Assembly (NCBI GenBank): GCA_026936335.1
Contig: JAPMXV010000004.1
Location: 62,001-126,000 of the forward strand
Direction: 5' to 3'
Length of the DNA: 64,000 nt
DNA from: Mantamonas sphyraenae STR306
Taxonomy: Eukaryota > Protista > CRuMs
Below the pieces are notes generated by a model. That model did no database searches. It was not told where the DNA came from and was given only the letters and a program-made list of their open reading frames with translations. The position numbers and the translations under genes were made by a program. This document shows positions 1 through 12,087 of this stretch, piece after piece (the stretch's first letter is position 1; the number at the start of each line of letters is the position of its first letter).

Positions 1-259
1 TACCAACAAATCCGTGGACATTCTCATCGTCCAATGGCTTGGCCACCTCTGCTTTGATGCCTGCCACAATGGTTGTGTTGCCCACCTTGGCCAAGGCACT
101 GCCGTCGCTGGAGGAGACCACGCCTGTGCTGACCACCGAGTCTCGAAACTTGAGCAGGGCCCTACCGTCTGCACGCACCTCCTTCTCCACAAATGCCTTG
201 TGGTATGACTTGGGATGCACCTTGCGGAACACCTCCTCGGCATCTCGTTCCGACGACAT
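1..259 (-). CDS. EXOSC8: Exosome complex component RRP43, first exon; gene runs off the window start
   Basis: Manual translation from ATG at 259: MSSERDAEEVFRKVHPKSYHKAFVEKEVRADGRALLKFRDSVVSTGVVSSSDGSALAKVGNTTIVAGIKAEV. This matches the RNase PH-ring pattern RxDGR...R...GSAL.K.G.T. Confidence 0.85.
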   Translation of the reverse strand, partial: MSSERDAEEVFRKVHPKSYHKAFVEKEVRADGRALLKFRDSVVSTGVVSSSDGSALAKVGNTTIVAGIKAEVAKPLDDENVHGFVG

Positions 260-324
260 CGATGGGGGGGTGTGTGTCGTTGGCGTTGGTCGTGCACGCT
301 GTCCCACACAAGCCAATTGCCCCA

Positions 325-805
325 TGTCTGTGCAGGATGTGATGCAGCTGAGTCTGGCCTTGGTGGGCAGTGTCCTCCTGGTCGCTCTTTTGGGCTTCCT
401 GGGTGAGTTGACCCCACTCGGTGGACCCACCGACAGAGCACGCGGGGAAAGCCCTCTCTTGCGTCACGATGAACAGATCAAACACCCTGCGCACACACGT
501 ACACTCCCCACACATTCCTCACACCCTCACACGCATTTGTATGCACGCGCACATGCGACCGTGTCTCTCCACACATGATCGCATTCCACTGGCTGTGTTG
601 GGCCTCTGTGCCGCACTCTGTGTGTTTCCCCGTGGTCCATTCCTCCGGCCTACACACAGGATGGTATGTTCTCTGGAACCTGTACCTGTCCCAAATCGAC
701 CCACTGCGCGAACTCATTGGCCTCAAACCGCTCAAGAAGAAGATGTACAAAGACGAGGCGGATATGCACGAGCAAACGGGGGGCGGGAAGAAGAAAACCA
801 CTTGA
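325..805 (+). CDS. Small integral membrane protein 13-like (DUF4750), 2 exons (325-402, 660-805)
   Basis: Intron gtgagt...cacag (403-659) joins a hydrophobic helix in frame to GWYVLWNLYLSQIDPLRELIG, which resembles SMIM13 GWY.VW.LFLS.F.FLRELVG. Confidence 0.7.
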
Positions 806-839
806 TTCCCACCATTCCATCATTGTTTGTGTGTGTGTG

Positions 840-2197
840 TCAATCCCGTTGAACACGGGGCAGCATGTGTTTTGCCGAAGAGGAGGCAGATGAGGAGGAG
901 GAGGAGGAGGAGGAGGAGGGGGCCATGGGATTGGCAAACGCGGTGAGTGCCTGTGCGCTGGCCTGCTCTCTGTCCTGTTGGCCTCCGAGCTGGCCATGAC
1001 TTGCCAGCTTGGGCTTCGTTGACCCACCCTGCTGTTTGTCACCCTTGTTGCGTACTTTGAAGTGCATGCGAAGGGTAAACACCTTTCGCTCCTTGTCCCA
1101 CGAGGTGTGGAACTTGCCCCGTGTCTTGTCCACCTCCATGTTGGGGATGCGGAATGCCACCGTTGTGTATGGCGGTCCTGCAAACAACAGGTACTGATAC
1201 TTGGGGTCGGGTCGGTCTACACGCTGTTCAAACGCACTCATGAAGCGGTGGCGCGGTTGGAAGCCACGGTTGATCTCGGGAAAGTCCACCTCGAAGATCA
1301 GCGACTTTTGTCCCGACGTCTTGTCCACCTGTTTGGTCACACGGTATCCTGGTGTGCCAATGGTGTGTACCTTTTCCCTGCGTGTGCGTTGGGCCACTCT
1401 GAAGGGTGTTGGTGTCGTTTTGTGGTGTCAGTCGCCCGCCCGTGTCTGGTTCTCTTCTCCTCCCCCTCTCACTCTCTCCCTGTGTGTGTTTCTGTGTGTG
1501 GTTGAATGGCCGCAACCATAAAACATACGGGGCTGCTTCTGTCTCTCGCTCCTTGGCTTCACGAAGAGCTGTGTGGGATCAATAGGAACAGGGTCAGCCT
1601 TCCGGGACGGCGTTGCACCGCACACACGTTGTACACCATCCCACCACCCTACCTCGTCGCTTCAGTCCCTCTTGATGCCTCCTTCCCTGTGTGTGTGCCA
1701 GATAGGAAGCCTCGTTTGTGTGCAGAGTGAGGCACAGCTTGCACTCGTAGCTTCCGTAGTTGTTGCGCATAAAATACGGGTCCTGTGGATGGGGATGTGC
1801 CCATGTAAGTCTCCATCCACGCTCTGTATGCTACACAGCTGCACATGCACCGGACACTGAGCATGGTCCATTCGTCTGGACCGCAACGGCGATGGTGTCA
1901 AGTCGCATGGGCGCGCTTTCCGTTGCTTTCCACGCGTCCCACAACCACCCACACTCCCTCACACCCAACCCATGGTCGCCCCGTGCATATGTACCACTCC
2001 ATGTACCCCAAACAGACGCATGTGCGGTGCGCATGTTGCTCCTGGCGTGGCGTACGTGCGTTCAAACTCACTTTCTGCAAGTCGATGGTTTCCATTGCCA
2101 GTTGCCGCAGCCTCTCCTTGCGTGCCACACCTTCGTTGGCCTCAGAAGCCGGCCCTCCGCCGCCAAACTTGATGCCGTGTTCGCGTGAACGGGACAT
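840..2197 (-). CDS. SF3A2: Splicing factor 3A subunit 2 (SF3a66/Prp11), about 4 exons
   Basis: Exons encode RKERLRQLAMETIDL, DPYFMRNNYGSYECKLCLTLHTNEASYLAHTQGRRH (matrin-type Zn finger) and IGTPGYRVTKQ...PRHRFMSAFEQRVDRPDPKYQYLLFAG. Confidence 0.95.
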
Positions 2198-2357
2198 GGC
2201 GGATGTGAGTGGCTTGTTTGCGGGGGCGCACTTGGGGGACGTCTGTTCCCAGCGCCCTCGAACGCACCCACTCCCTTCACCCATGCCATGGTGTGTGTAC
2301 CCATTCGACATCCATCGTGCACGGTTCCCCTCCACTGTTTGGGGGCACACGTGTCCG

Positions 2358-3689
2358 ATGAGCGCAGAGGGGGCCAACACAACAACCGCTGAAGCACCGC
2401 AAATGTCTTCGTGGTCGATTCCACATCCGCTGAAGGAGGTGACCTCGTATGGCAAGAACCGATACACCAAGGATGGGTTTGACCTGGACCTGACGTACAT
2501 CACGAGCGACATCATTGCCATGGCGGTGCCGTACGCAGGCTGGGAGGGCAAAGTGTTCCGCAACGACGCGGCGGAAGTGAAGCGGTTCCTGGACACGAAG
2601 CATGGCTCGCAGTGGCTGATCATCAACGTGTCTGAAATCGAATACGACACAGACCTGTTTGATGGCCGAGTGAAGTGGTTCCCATGGCCAGACCACCACG
2701 CACCCCCGTTCTCCAGGCTGCTGGAGATTGTCGACACCATGGATACACACCTGAAGGCCCAGGACGGCAACGTGGTGGCTGTGCATTGCAAAGCAGGCAA
2801 AGGACGCACCGGTGTGGTGATTGCCAGCTATCTGCTGCGCATGCACATGTATGCGTACGCCGACGAGGCCCTGGAGTTCTACAGAGATACACGCACGTGG
2901 GATGGCAATGGTGTCCAGTGGCCATCTCAAATCCGCTCTGTGGAATACTACCAACGGTACCTTGGAGCCAAGGATGGCATGGAGGTGCACAACCCTGCGC
3001 CTGTGCGTCTGGTGAGTCTGCAACTGGCTGGAGGCAGCACCAACGTGGGCGATGGCTACCAATGGCGCCCTTCCATGGCCATCTACAGTGCCGACCTGGA
3101 CACGATCTTGTTTGACAGCCACGGCCAGTTTACAGCGGTGCATCTGGACAAGACACACCTGCACAACTCGGTGTTTGGATCCATGGGCTCCACAGAGCCC
3201 GTGCAGTCGCAAGAGGCAACGAAGGCAGAGGGGAAGGAGGAGGAGAAGGAGAAGGAAGAGACGGAGGAGGAAGCTGAGGCAAGGAGACAGCGGGAGGCAT
3301 TGCAGGAGGAAGTTGAGGATTCGGTGGTGGACAACCTGGTGGATTCTGTGACGAGCTGGAACGCAGCACCGACGGATGGATTGCCCACCCAGTTTGATTG
3401 CTACCACAATGTGCTCATTGACTTTTCCATCCCCGACGGGGTGGAGTTGAAGCGGGACTTTTACGTGGTGATCTACCACACGCAGGATCACTGGTTTGGA
3501 CGGGAGGCCACGGTGCATGAGACCATGCGCTTCATGCTGCACCCTGCCTTTATTGATGTGACCAAACCCCTGCGTCTGGATCTGGCCGACTTGGATGGGC
3601 CACACAAGAACGCAGACGACGTGTTTCCGGAAGACTTTCATGTGCGGTTGTTTTTCGACCACGACCAGGAGGAGGCGGGCGACGAGTAG
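2358..3689 (+). CDS. PTEN-like phosphoinositide/protein phosphatase with C2-like domain
   Basis: RYTKDGFDLDLTYIT, WPDHHAP and the P-loop VHCKAGKGRTG. Start codon chosen at 2358. Confidence 0.92.
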   Translation: MSAEGANTTTAEAPQMSSWSIPHPLKEVTSYGKNRYTKDGFDLDLTYITSDIIAMAVPYAGWEGKVFRNDAAEVKRFLDTKHGSQWLIINVSEIEYDTDLFDGRVKWFPWPDHHAPPFSRLLEIVDTMDTHLKAQDGNVVAVHCKAGKGRTGVVIASYLLRMHMYAYADEALEFYRDTRTWDGNGVQWPSQIRSVEYYQRYLGAKDGMEVHNPAPVRLVSLQLAGGSTNVGDGYQWRPSMAIYSADLDTILFDSHGQFTAVHLDKTHLHNSVFGSMGSTEPVQSQEATKAEGKEEEKEKEETEEEAEARRQREALQEEVEDSVVDNLVDSVTSWNAAPTDGLPTQFDCYHNVLIDFSIPDGVELKRDFYVVIYHTQDHWFGREATVHETMRFMLHPAFIDVTKPLRLDLADLDGPHKNADDVFPEDFHVRLFFDHDQEEAGDE

Positions 3690-3804
3690 ACGCAGAAAGT
3701 GAGTGTGTGAGTGTGTGTGTGTGGGGGGGGGATGGGGTTCATGGACAATTGGAAGGATGGAGCGCAATCCCAAGCACACTTTCCCCAGCAAACCCACACT
3801 TGGC

Positions 3805-5879
3805 ATGATGATGATGAAGCTTCTCCTCGTCGTGAGCATTGCAGCGACAATGTGCTTTGTGGGCGTGCATGCGCAAACCGAAAACCCTGTGGTTGCTGAC
3901 CTGCCGGTGAACATCACGGTGGAGCAGTACAAGCCTCAGTATTGGTACATTGATATGCCTCCGCCTGCTACCAAGCACCGCTACGTGGCTGAGGTCAGCC
4001 TGACGTTCCGTGACGCTGTGCCCAAGGCCCAAATGATGCAGTTCTTCCTGGCTGCCAGTGCCGAACAGATCCCCACCACATCGGTGTTCACCATGGGGGG
4101 ACCGCAGGCGCTCATCACCAAAGAGATGCCCAGCGGCCTGGGCAACGTGCTGACCATTCGTGGCGCAGAGCTGACAGGCACCCTGCACATCATGGTGGCA
4201 CAGAACTTCACCTCTGGCGTGGTGTGCACCATGGCTGTGGCCTTCCGAGGTAGGATAACGTGATGGGGCATGGGGCAGTGTCCTGGGCCGGGTCGGGTCC
4301 TGCCCGTGCATTTTCCCCTCTTGCGAAGCTCACGCGAACTGCGGCGGCCTCACACGCAACGTGCGCACGAAATACACACTGACACACACACACTGCGGAT
4401 GCATCTTGCAGACGACATTGAGTTGGACTATGACAGCGACAATCTGATCAACATCACACCGGACGACGTGGACTTTTTCCACACCGAGGTGACCAAGGAC
4501 CAGGTTGCGTCGAACCAGACGATCCTCTTTCTGGAGATCTTGGCTCAAGGCTCAGATGCCCCGTACCTGGCCTTTCTGGGACGCCTGAGTAGGTTGAGAG
4601 AGAGAGAGAGAGGGAGGGGGGAGCATTGGCCACAGTGGACGCTGACACACAGATATGGCACGCCCACCCACTCGCCACAGACGCGCTTCCGGATCTGGAA
4701 CATTACGACGTGGGCATCACGTACCAGCAGGTGCAGCCGGGAGGCATCAACGGCAACCTGACCAAGATGGACGGATACATTGCAGTGCCGAGTGACAAGC
4801 TGCAGGCAGGCACATGGTACTTTATGGTGTACCAGACGTTTGGGGGCGCTTCGTCGTACAACATCAAGATGTCTGTGCCAAGCTACCACGAACTGCGTCT
4901 GGATGGACAGGCGCTGTCGGACAAGGTGGCACCGTCGTTCTTCAACACATACCACGTGACGATTCCGGACAACATTGACCGCAGCAAGCACCTGTTGTAC
5001 CTGAAGGTGGTTGCAGAGGGACAGGATGGCACACGCACACAGATCCTTGTGAACCATGACCAGATGGCCACGCGAGCCCTGTATGACTTTGCCAGTGACA
5101 AGGACTACAGCACGTATGTGTTGGAGACCCTGACGGAGGCCATCCTGCCTGTGGAGCTGAACACGTTCAACACCACCTCGTGGTACTTTGTGGTGTTGTC
5201 CACCATGGAGTACCGTGATGCGTCGCAACCCAAGTTCTCGTACACGGTGACGGCCCAGCTGGATCGCATTGACGAGCTCAGCAAGGCCAAGCCGGCGGCA
5301 CCGGTCATGACCATCAACCAGGACTTTTACGAGTTTATGTACACGGACGAGTTGCTGGCCATGCCCACGGGCACCAAGGTGCCTGTGGCACTGACGATTA
5401 GTGCGGATCCTGTGGATGCCACCGACAGCATTGCCATCTATGCGGACGAAACCAAGTGGCCGAACCGTCTCGAGAAGCAGTTCAACGGGTCGGTGACGGA
5501 GAAGAACACAAAGGTGTTGTGCACAGAGTACGACGCTGGCATTCGTGTGTTCTTTGCTCTGCGCAACTCGTACACGGGTAAGCCCAGCGTGGACGTCAAC
5601 GCAGAGCTGAGCTTCCCGTCCTCGTGTGCCACCCCGACACCCAACCCCAACAACGGCAACGACTCCAACAACGGCAAGAAGGACGACAAGAAGACACCCA
5701 CCTCGGGTCCCCTGCCCGAGTGGGCCTCTGTTCTCCTGGCCATTGTGGGTGCAGGTGCAGGTTTGGCTGGCGCTGGCTTCCTCTGGACTCGCTATCGCCA
5801 GCGTGGCTTCCGTGACCGTGCCACACCCTCGGACCCCACCGGTCTGGGCTACCGTGGTTTGCAGGACGAATCCATCTAA
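3805..5879 (+). CDS. Uncharacterised type I membrane protein with beta-rich ectodomain, 3 exons (3805-4249, 4412-4588, 4681-5879)
   Basis: Signal peptide (MKLLLVVSIAATMCFVGVHAQ), in-frame GT-AG joins, PPC-like motif LQAGTWYFMVY, N/P-rich linker, TM helix WASVLLAIVGAGAGLAGAGFLW and a short tail. Confidence 0.7.
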
Positions 5880-5992
5880 ACAGTGGAGGAGGAGGGATGA
5901 GACGGGAGGGTGTGAGGGAGCGTGTGTGTGTGTGTGTGCGCATGGACAGGCAAGCCTTTCCGTAGCAGCCGAGAGCCACACGAGAAGACGAA

Positions 5993-8342
5993 ATGGAAGC
6001 CGTGGTGTTTGTGGCCACCGCCGTGTTTACGGGTGCCCTCATGCACCGCTACTGTGATTGGAAACGCATCCCGTGGTATGTGAGCCTGACAACGTATGTC
6101 GGGTGGTACATCTCGCTGGCGGTGGTGCCTTTGATTATGCTGGATTTCAACCAAGTATGTGCCATGGGAACGGGGTTGGTGGTGGTTGGGAGGGTGGAGT
6201 GGGGGTGGGGACGCACACGTGGAGGTGGAAGACTGATACGTGTTGTTGGGTGTCGGTTGCAGACTATGTACAGACGCTGTGTGGCAGCAGGCGGGAAAGA
6301 CTGCCCCGACGCACCGATGATTGACAACGCAGGGATGGTGGGACTGTGGAATGCCGTGTACTGGACCACGTTTTCATTCACATGGTGGGTTGTGTGTGTG
6401 ACAGGGTGCACAGGGAGGGCGGGAGAGGCGCGGGGAAGTGGCGGTGGGAGAAGAAATGGCGGGGAGGGGAAGGGACGAGGCAACAGCGAGGCTGACACGA
6501 CTGGTTGGATGGGGTTGGATGCGATGTGCGTGTGTGTGTGCATGCATGTGTACGCGTGGCGGATGGATGGATGGTTGGATGTACATGCAGGGTGGTGATC
6601 CCGTTGCAACAGTCGTATGCGTACGCAGGCGAGTTTCGGGTGGTGGACAAGATGAAGCGAGCGCTGAAGGAGAATGCAGTGTTCTACGGCATTGCAGGGG
6701 CCATCTGCATGGCAGCAGCCATCTGGATTGCAGTGGCCAACAATCTGACAGGGTGAGTGACGAGGGGGTGAGGGGGAGTGATGGTGGGAGTGTGGATGGA
6801 GATATCTAACCCCGTCCAACTGCACACCATGCACCACACTGTGCACAGAGCCAAGTTTGGTGGATTCATCATTGCAGCATCCAATGCATGGGCTCTGTTT
6901 GTGTTGATTTCCATGCTGGGTTACGGTCTGGTGGAGGTGCCAAGGAAGCTGTGGCGGTTGGCCAACGCTGACCTGATGCTCAAGTACTACCAGTTCCGAG
7001 CAATGTCTGTGCACGAACACCTGGAGAATGCCCAGTTGGCTCTGCACGATGTGCTTGTGGATGTGCGACAACACAGCGAGAGCATCGACTTTCACGACCC
7101 GTTGCGTGAGGCCATGGACGAGATTGTGGACAAGTGTCCAGAGAAGCTGCAGTCGGAGACGCTGGAGCCAGCTCGGCCTCTTCCACGGTCAGACATCAAC
7201 GAGAACAGTCTGGCATCGTTGCACAGGCGTGTGATGATTGCAGTGACCACGGAACGTGCAGCACAGCAGTGAGTTGTGTGTGTGTGCGTGTGCAGGTGTG
7301 GTGGCATGTGTGGCACGGAGAGGGTGATAGACACTGACCACCCTCCTTCTCCTCCCCTCCCCCCCTCTCTCCCTATCGTAGCATGTGGGAGTACACTCTG
7401 GACCACGTGTGGGAGCTGGAGGACATCATCACCAATCGGGATCACACAGACCACGTGTACGTGCGCAGCTTCAAGGACAGCACATTGGACTCGAATGCAG
7501 GCAGCAAACTGCGTTGGTATTGGTTGATTCTGATCCGTCCGCGTTTGTATCAGGCCCTGTGCATCGTGTTTGGTGTTCTCTCTCTGATTTCTGTGTGGAG
7601 TGAGTGTTTCATGGCCGTGGAGGCTGTGGATCTGTCTGTGTGGTCCCAGATTCTGCATGCCCCACATGTGTCCGGTCCGTCCTTGCAGTTTCTGGTTCTG
7701 TTGGCTCTCGGTTATCTGGCCCTCTGCTGCTTCTACAGCCTGTTCCGCTTGCGCCTGTTTTCGTACTATCAGCTGCTGCCGAAGCAGCAATCGGACGCCA
7801 ACTCGCTGCTGTTTGCTGCTGCGTATCTGTGCCGTCTCACAGTGTCGCTGGGGTACAACTTTCTCAACATGATCCACGAGGCGTCGGGTCCCGAGCCCCA
7901 GATGGCGTTCAGCGAGGTGATGGGCACGATGAATGTGATCCCGTTCTTTGGCGCCGAGTTCAACGTGTACTTTCCCATCTTTGTGGCTCTGCTGTGTGTG
8001 GCGACGACGTTCAACCTGTTTACCAAGTGCGCGAGCGCATTGCACATCAACACCTTCCGCTTCGAGGAGGACTACGACCACCAGGAGATCGAACAAGGCC
8101 AGCGTCTGATTGATCGCGAACGGTTGCGACTTTTGCGCCAGTTTGAGCAGAAGCGCAAGTCGGATGCCATCCTGAACACAAACAAGTATCGGGATGATCC
8201 GGGCCAGGGTGTGGAGACTGGGAGCGGGTCCAGTAGCAGGGCGCCCGCGCCGCAGATGGATGAGGAGGCGGATGAGTCGAGCCCGTTTGACTTTCCCAAG
8301 CCCAACTTTGTGGATGACGACCGCCGGCGGTTGCTGAGGTGA
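5993..8342 (+). CDS. LMBR1-family multi-pass membrane protein (LMBRD2-like), about 5 exons
   Basis: LWNAVYWTTF, IPLQQSYAYAGEF, AASNAWALFVLISMLGYGLVEVPRKLW and AAYLCRLTVSLGYNFLNMIH. Confidence 0.9.
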
Positions 8343-8616
8343 AATGAAAGTGGAAATTTTGATTGACGAGAGAATATGGGTGAACACGGGGATGGTGTGT
8401 TTTGGATGTGAATCAAAATTTATGGGGATTTGGACTGTGTACCATGTGTGAGAGGTGGTGGTGCGTGTGGGTGTGTAGGTGTGTCATGGCAAGGGTAGAG
8501 ATGATGTGAGGTGAGTGTTGGAGATGAAGGGGAAGAGGGCGGGGCTGTGGGCGGTCGTGGAGGTTGGGTCAAGGGTGCGGTGGAGTTGCCACACAAATTC
8601 AACGCAAAAAGCAGCA

Positions 8617-9334
8617 ATGGGTCGGCAAGAGACTGCGAGGGTTGGGGCACGGGTGTTCTGTGGTCTGTGTGGTGTGGCTGTGGTGACCATGGGCGTGGTG
8701 GGATTCTCAGAGGCGGTGCAAGGGTTTCCGGTGGCAAACGCGGCGGGCAAGACGGCGCTGGTGAAGCTGGGCTTGCTGTGCACGTATTTGATGTGAGTGT
8801 GGCTGCAGGAGGGATGTGGGCACGTGGGAGGAGGGAAACACTGACATTGTTGTGTGTGGACGTGTGTGTGCAAAGCCTGTTTGGGCTGCTGATTATCCTT
8901 GCGGAGCTGCGAGGGCCAAAGTTGGTGCTGAACCAGTTCAACTTTCTGCAGAGCGCCGTGGGCCGAGGCGTGTTTTACATCTTGTGAGTGTGTGTGTGGG
9001 AGGGAGATTGGGCAGGGAAGAGACCGGGGACGTGGAAAGGGGAGATGCAATGTTCTTGGCTGGGGCTGAGAAGGGGGGGGAAAGGAAGCTGACGCCGAGG
9101 GAACACAGTGTCGGATCCACGCTGGTGATCTTTGACCCAGCGCAGATATTCCCGATTGTGACGGGCAGCTGTTGTCTGGCAGGCGGAGTGATGAGCCTGG
9201 TGACATTGTGCATCTGTGATTCGGACGACGATGAGACGCAGGAGGCAGGATACAGCAAGTTTAGCGGTGGTGGCGAGGCGCGGTTGTCCACGGGTACGAG
9301 TGGGAACCCACTTGCAGCTGGATCGTCTGTGTGA
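8617..9334 (+). CDS. COPI-associated/TVP15-like Golgi membrane protein, 3 exons
   Basis: Y...FGLLIILAE...FNFLQSAVGRGVFYI..G motif and four hydrophobic segments. Confidence 0.75.
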
Positions 9335-9438
9335 TGGGATTGAGCAAGGAGGGAATGAGTAGTGAATACACGGGGAAGAGTATTTCGATAGTGGTGATGA
9401 TGATGATGCGCAGGAGAGAGCAACTGGAACAGGGGGTG

Positions 9439-10329
9439 ATGAGCAGTGTGTTTGACGAGGACTTTGTGGATGCAGAACGGGCATTGGTGAGTGAGGACTT
9501 TGAGGAGTTGCCTGTGGAAGCCACGTGGATCTTTGGGTATGGATCGCTTGTGTGGCGACCAGACTTTGCCCACGTGGAACGTCGCACGGGCTTTGTGCGT
9601 GGTTGGAAGCGACTGTTCTTCCAGGGGAGCACCGATCATCGAGGGGTGCCCGGGGCCCCGGGTCGTGTGGTGACCCTTGTGCCTGAAGAGGCATTGGAGG
9701 AGGTGTACCTGAAGCCAGCACAGGCATGGCAGGCGGAAAGAGAGGGCAAATCGGAGGGTGGTGTCACCACCGAGGAGGACGAGGACCTGATGGCACGCGC
9801 CGGCATAGCACAGGAGTTGGAAGAGGATTTGGAGGAGGAAAAGGTCACATGGGGGGTGGCCTATCTGCTGCCAAGCGGACGGGTGGGGGAGATTCTGGAG
9901 TATCTGGACGAGAGGGAGAAGGGAGGGTACACACGGAGTGTGGTGACATTCCACAGTGAGGGCCATGAGCCATGCAAGGCCCTGTTGTACACAGGCACAG
10001 TGGACAATCGCAACTTTCTGGGGTATGCCTCGCCGGTGGCCTTGGCAGAACAGATCTACGGCAGTGTGGGTCCCAGTGGACACAATGTGGAGTACCTGAA
10101 GGGACTGGCTGACTGGGTGGACGCCTCTGGGGCCAGGGACCATCATGTGACCAATCTCATGCGCATGGTGACTGTGTTGTGCGAGGAGAATGGCGTGGAT
10201 ATGGCTGCACTCATCGAGGAACACATCCCTGAGCATCGGAGGATGGGAATGGGTTTGGAGGATGGGAGTGGAGGGGAGGATGGAGAGGATGGGAAGGATG
10301 GGAAGGATGGGGAGGATGGGGAGACGTAG
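9439..10329 (+). CDS. ChaC glutathione-specific gamma-glutamylcyclotransferase
   Basis: WIFGYGSLVWRPDF, FFQGSTDHRGVPGAPGRVVTL, YLDEREKGGY and GPSGHNVEYL. Start codon uncertain. Confidence 0.93.
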   Translation: MSSVFDEDFVDAERALVSEDFEELPVEATWIFGYGSLVWRPDFAHVERRTGFVRGWKRLFFQGSTDHRGVPGAPGRVVTLVPEEALEEVYLKPAQAWQAEREGKSEGGVTTEEDEDLMARAGIAQELEEDLEEEKVTWGVAYLLPSGRVGEILEYLDEREKGGYTRSVVTFHSEGHEPCKALLYTGTVDNRNFLGYASPVALAEQIYGSVGPSGHNVEYLKGLADWVDASGARDHHVTNLMRMVTVLCEENGVDMAALIEEHIPEHRRMGMGLEDGSGGEDGEDGKDGKDGEDGET

Positions 10330-10362
10330 CGCGCTGAACGCCGCAGTACAACTTTGCTGGAG

Positions 10363-10981
10363 ATGAGCACCAACCACTCACTGCGTGTGACAAGGACGTA
10401 CCGTCGTGCTCTCAAGGCAGCTCAGTCGTGGACGATCAACCACGATCTGTTCCTGGAGATGGGGCGGGATATCCGAAGCCAATTCCGCGCCGGCGCACTG
10501 GAGACGGATCCGTACAAGGTGGAAAAGCTCCTGTCCGGTGCAGAGGCCAAGGTGGAGGAGATGGCGCATCCGGATCCGTACATTTGTAGGTGGAGGGTGT
10601 GTGGTGTGGGGGGCGGGGGACGCCGGGGGGAGGAGGAGGAGGAGGGAGAGTGAGAGAGGAGGAGGAGCGGAGCGGGAGGGGAAATGCGAGGCAACGAGGA
10701 AAGGGCAGGCCCCAGTGCACAGGAACGGGTGTTGAGTGATGGGCAGGGGGGCATGCTGGGACCGTGTTATAGCAGCGTGTGAATAGGGGAAGGGATGGAC
10801 ATGGTGACTGACACAGAAGGGGACATGGGATGTGTGTGGGCAACCAACGGACGGGTTGATGCGCGGGAACGGACCGTGCGGCGTATGTGTGTGTGTGTGT
10901 GTGTGTGCAGACCCAACCAACCCGGGTGGATCCAAGTATCAGCGCAACACACCGACCCCGACGATCATCAACCTGGATTGA
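10363..10981 (+). CDS. NDUFB9: NADH dehydrogenase (complex I) B22 subunit, LYR family, 2 exons (10363-10585, 10911-10981)
   Basis: YRRALK...IRSQF...HPDPYI spliced to YPTNPGGSKYQRN. Confidence 0.88.
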
Positions 10982-11052
10982 GCGAGATGTGAGAGGGAGA
11001 GAGTGTTGGCACAGGGATTTCCATTGAAATGGCACTTTGACAGCAGATGCAA

Positions 11053-11910
11053 TCAGCAGGTGGTGTACTCACGTGTGGAAAAGAGCAACAGGATACCGCA
11101 AACCATGCCAATGAGGACGTAGAGGTACATGCAGTAGCCGTAGGTGCGTGCGGACTTGACGCAACATCGGCGGCAAGCGTTTGCCTCGTCGAGGTCCTTG
11201 TTCCACTCTTGCACTGTCTTGTTGGCGGTACGGGCGGTGTAGTAGAATGCAATGACACTGAGGAGGGTGTTGAAGGCAGTGAAGGGGGCAAATTGCTGTC
11301 GAAGAGCCACGTAGATGCCCACAGCGATTTCCGAGGTGGATTCGATGAGCAGGAGGATGCGTGTGCGTGCCAACCAGGTTTGTCCCAGTTCAGACCGTTG
11401 GCGAATGTCGATGAAGTGATTCCAGATGGCCATGTGGACAGGGGGGTCGGGTGAGGAGAGGGCGATGCGCACAATTTCGCCGAGGACAAAGAGGTGGTGG
11501 ATGAGACCCAGAAGGAAGGCAAACAGGAGGGCGTTGCTGGCTTGTTCTCTGTCGGGCAGGCAGGTGAGGGAGAGGACAGCGTAGTAGTTGATGAGGTCGA
11601 GAATGGACGAGACAAAGGGAAGGGGAAACACCTCGCGGGCGGTGCGAAAGTTGGGATGGAACCAAAGCTGTTTGATGCGTTCCATGGTTGTCTGTTGTGT
11701 GGATGATGGGGTGGGTTGGAAGTGGGGGTCCGGCACTGCGGGGGAGGCGGGGGCGGGGGCGGTGTAGAAGGCAGAGCCGTCGAACACGTTGACGGTGCCA
11801 CAGTGGGGACACTGGACAGAAACCTGTCCCATCTCCACACCCGAGTCCACAGTGACGGTGAATGCCTGCTTGCAATGGAAGCAGGCAACCGTGTGGTCTG
11901 TGTGGGGCAT
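11053..11910 (-). CDS. Uncharacterised multi-pass membrane protein with N-terminal zinc ribbon
   Basis: CFHC-x21-CPHC followed by about 5 hydrophobic helices. Intronless ORF. Confidence 0.6.
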   Translation of the reverse strand: MPHTDHTVACFHCKQAFTVTVDSGVEMGQVSVQCPHCGTVNVFDGSAFYTAPAPASPAVPDPHFQPTPSSTQQTTMERIKQLWFHPNFRTAREVFPLPFVSSILDLINYYAVLSLTCLPDREQASNALLFAFLLGLIHHLFVLGEIVRIALSSPDPPVHMAIWNHFIDIRQRSELGQTWLARTRILLLIESTSEIAVGIYVALRQQFAPFTAFNTLLSVIAFYYTARTANKTVQEWNKDLDEANACRRCCVKSARTYGYCMYLYVLIGMVCGILLLFSTREYTTC

Positions 11911-12087
11911 GGGAGGTGTGTGTAGGGGGGAAAGTGAAAGTGTGGGTTCGCTGGCGACATGAAGACTTCCATGCGTGCCTCTCCTTCCACTTCTTGTTTC
12001 ATTGCCCCATGTGCAATCCACAGAGGAGAGAGAGTGTGTGTTCACGCATGCGTACATACGCAGAGGCAACAAACAAAAAACCCAAGC

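Noticed and set aside
880-925. SF3A2 tail reads poly-Ser while an adjacent frame reads poly-Pro, suggesting a homopolymer error
   Set aside because: The Pro frame would run to 650, through the neighbouring gene's exon; cannot be supported without reads.
10728-10815. C/D-box snoRNA-like motifs (GTGATG...CTGA) in the NDUFB9 intron
   Set aside because: Imperfect C box, CTGAC is also the common branch-point motif here, and no rRNA complement was identified.
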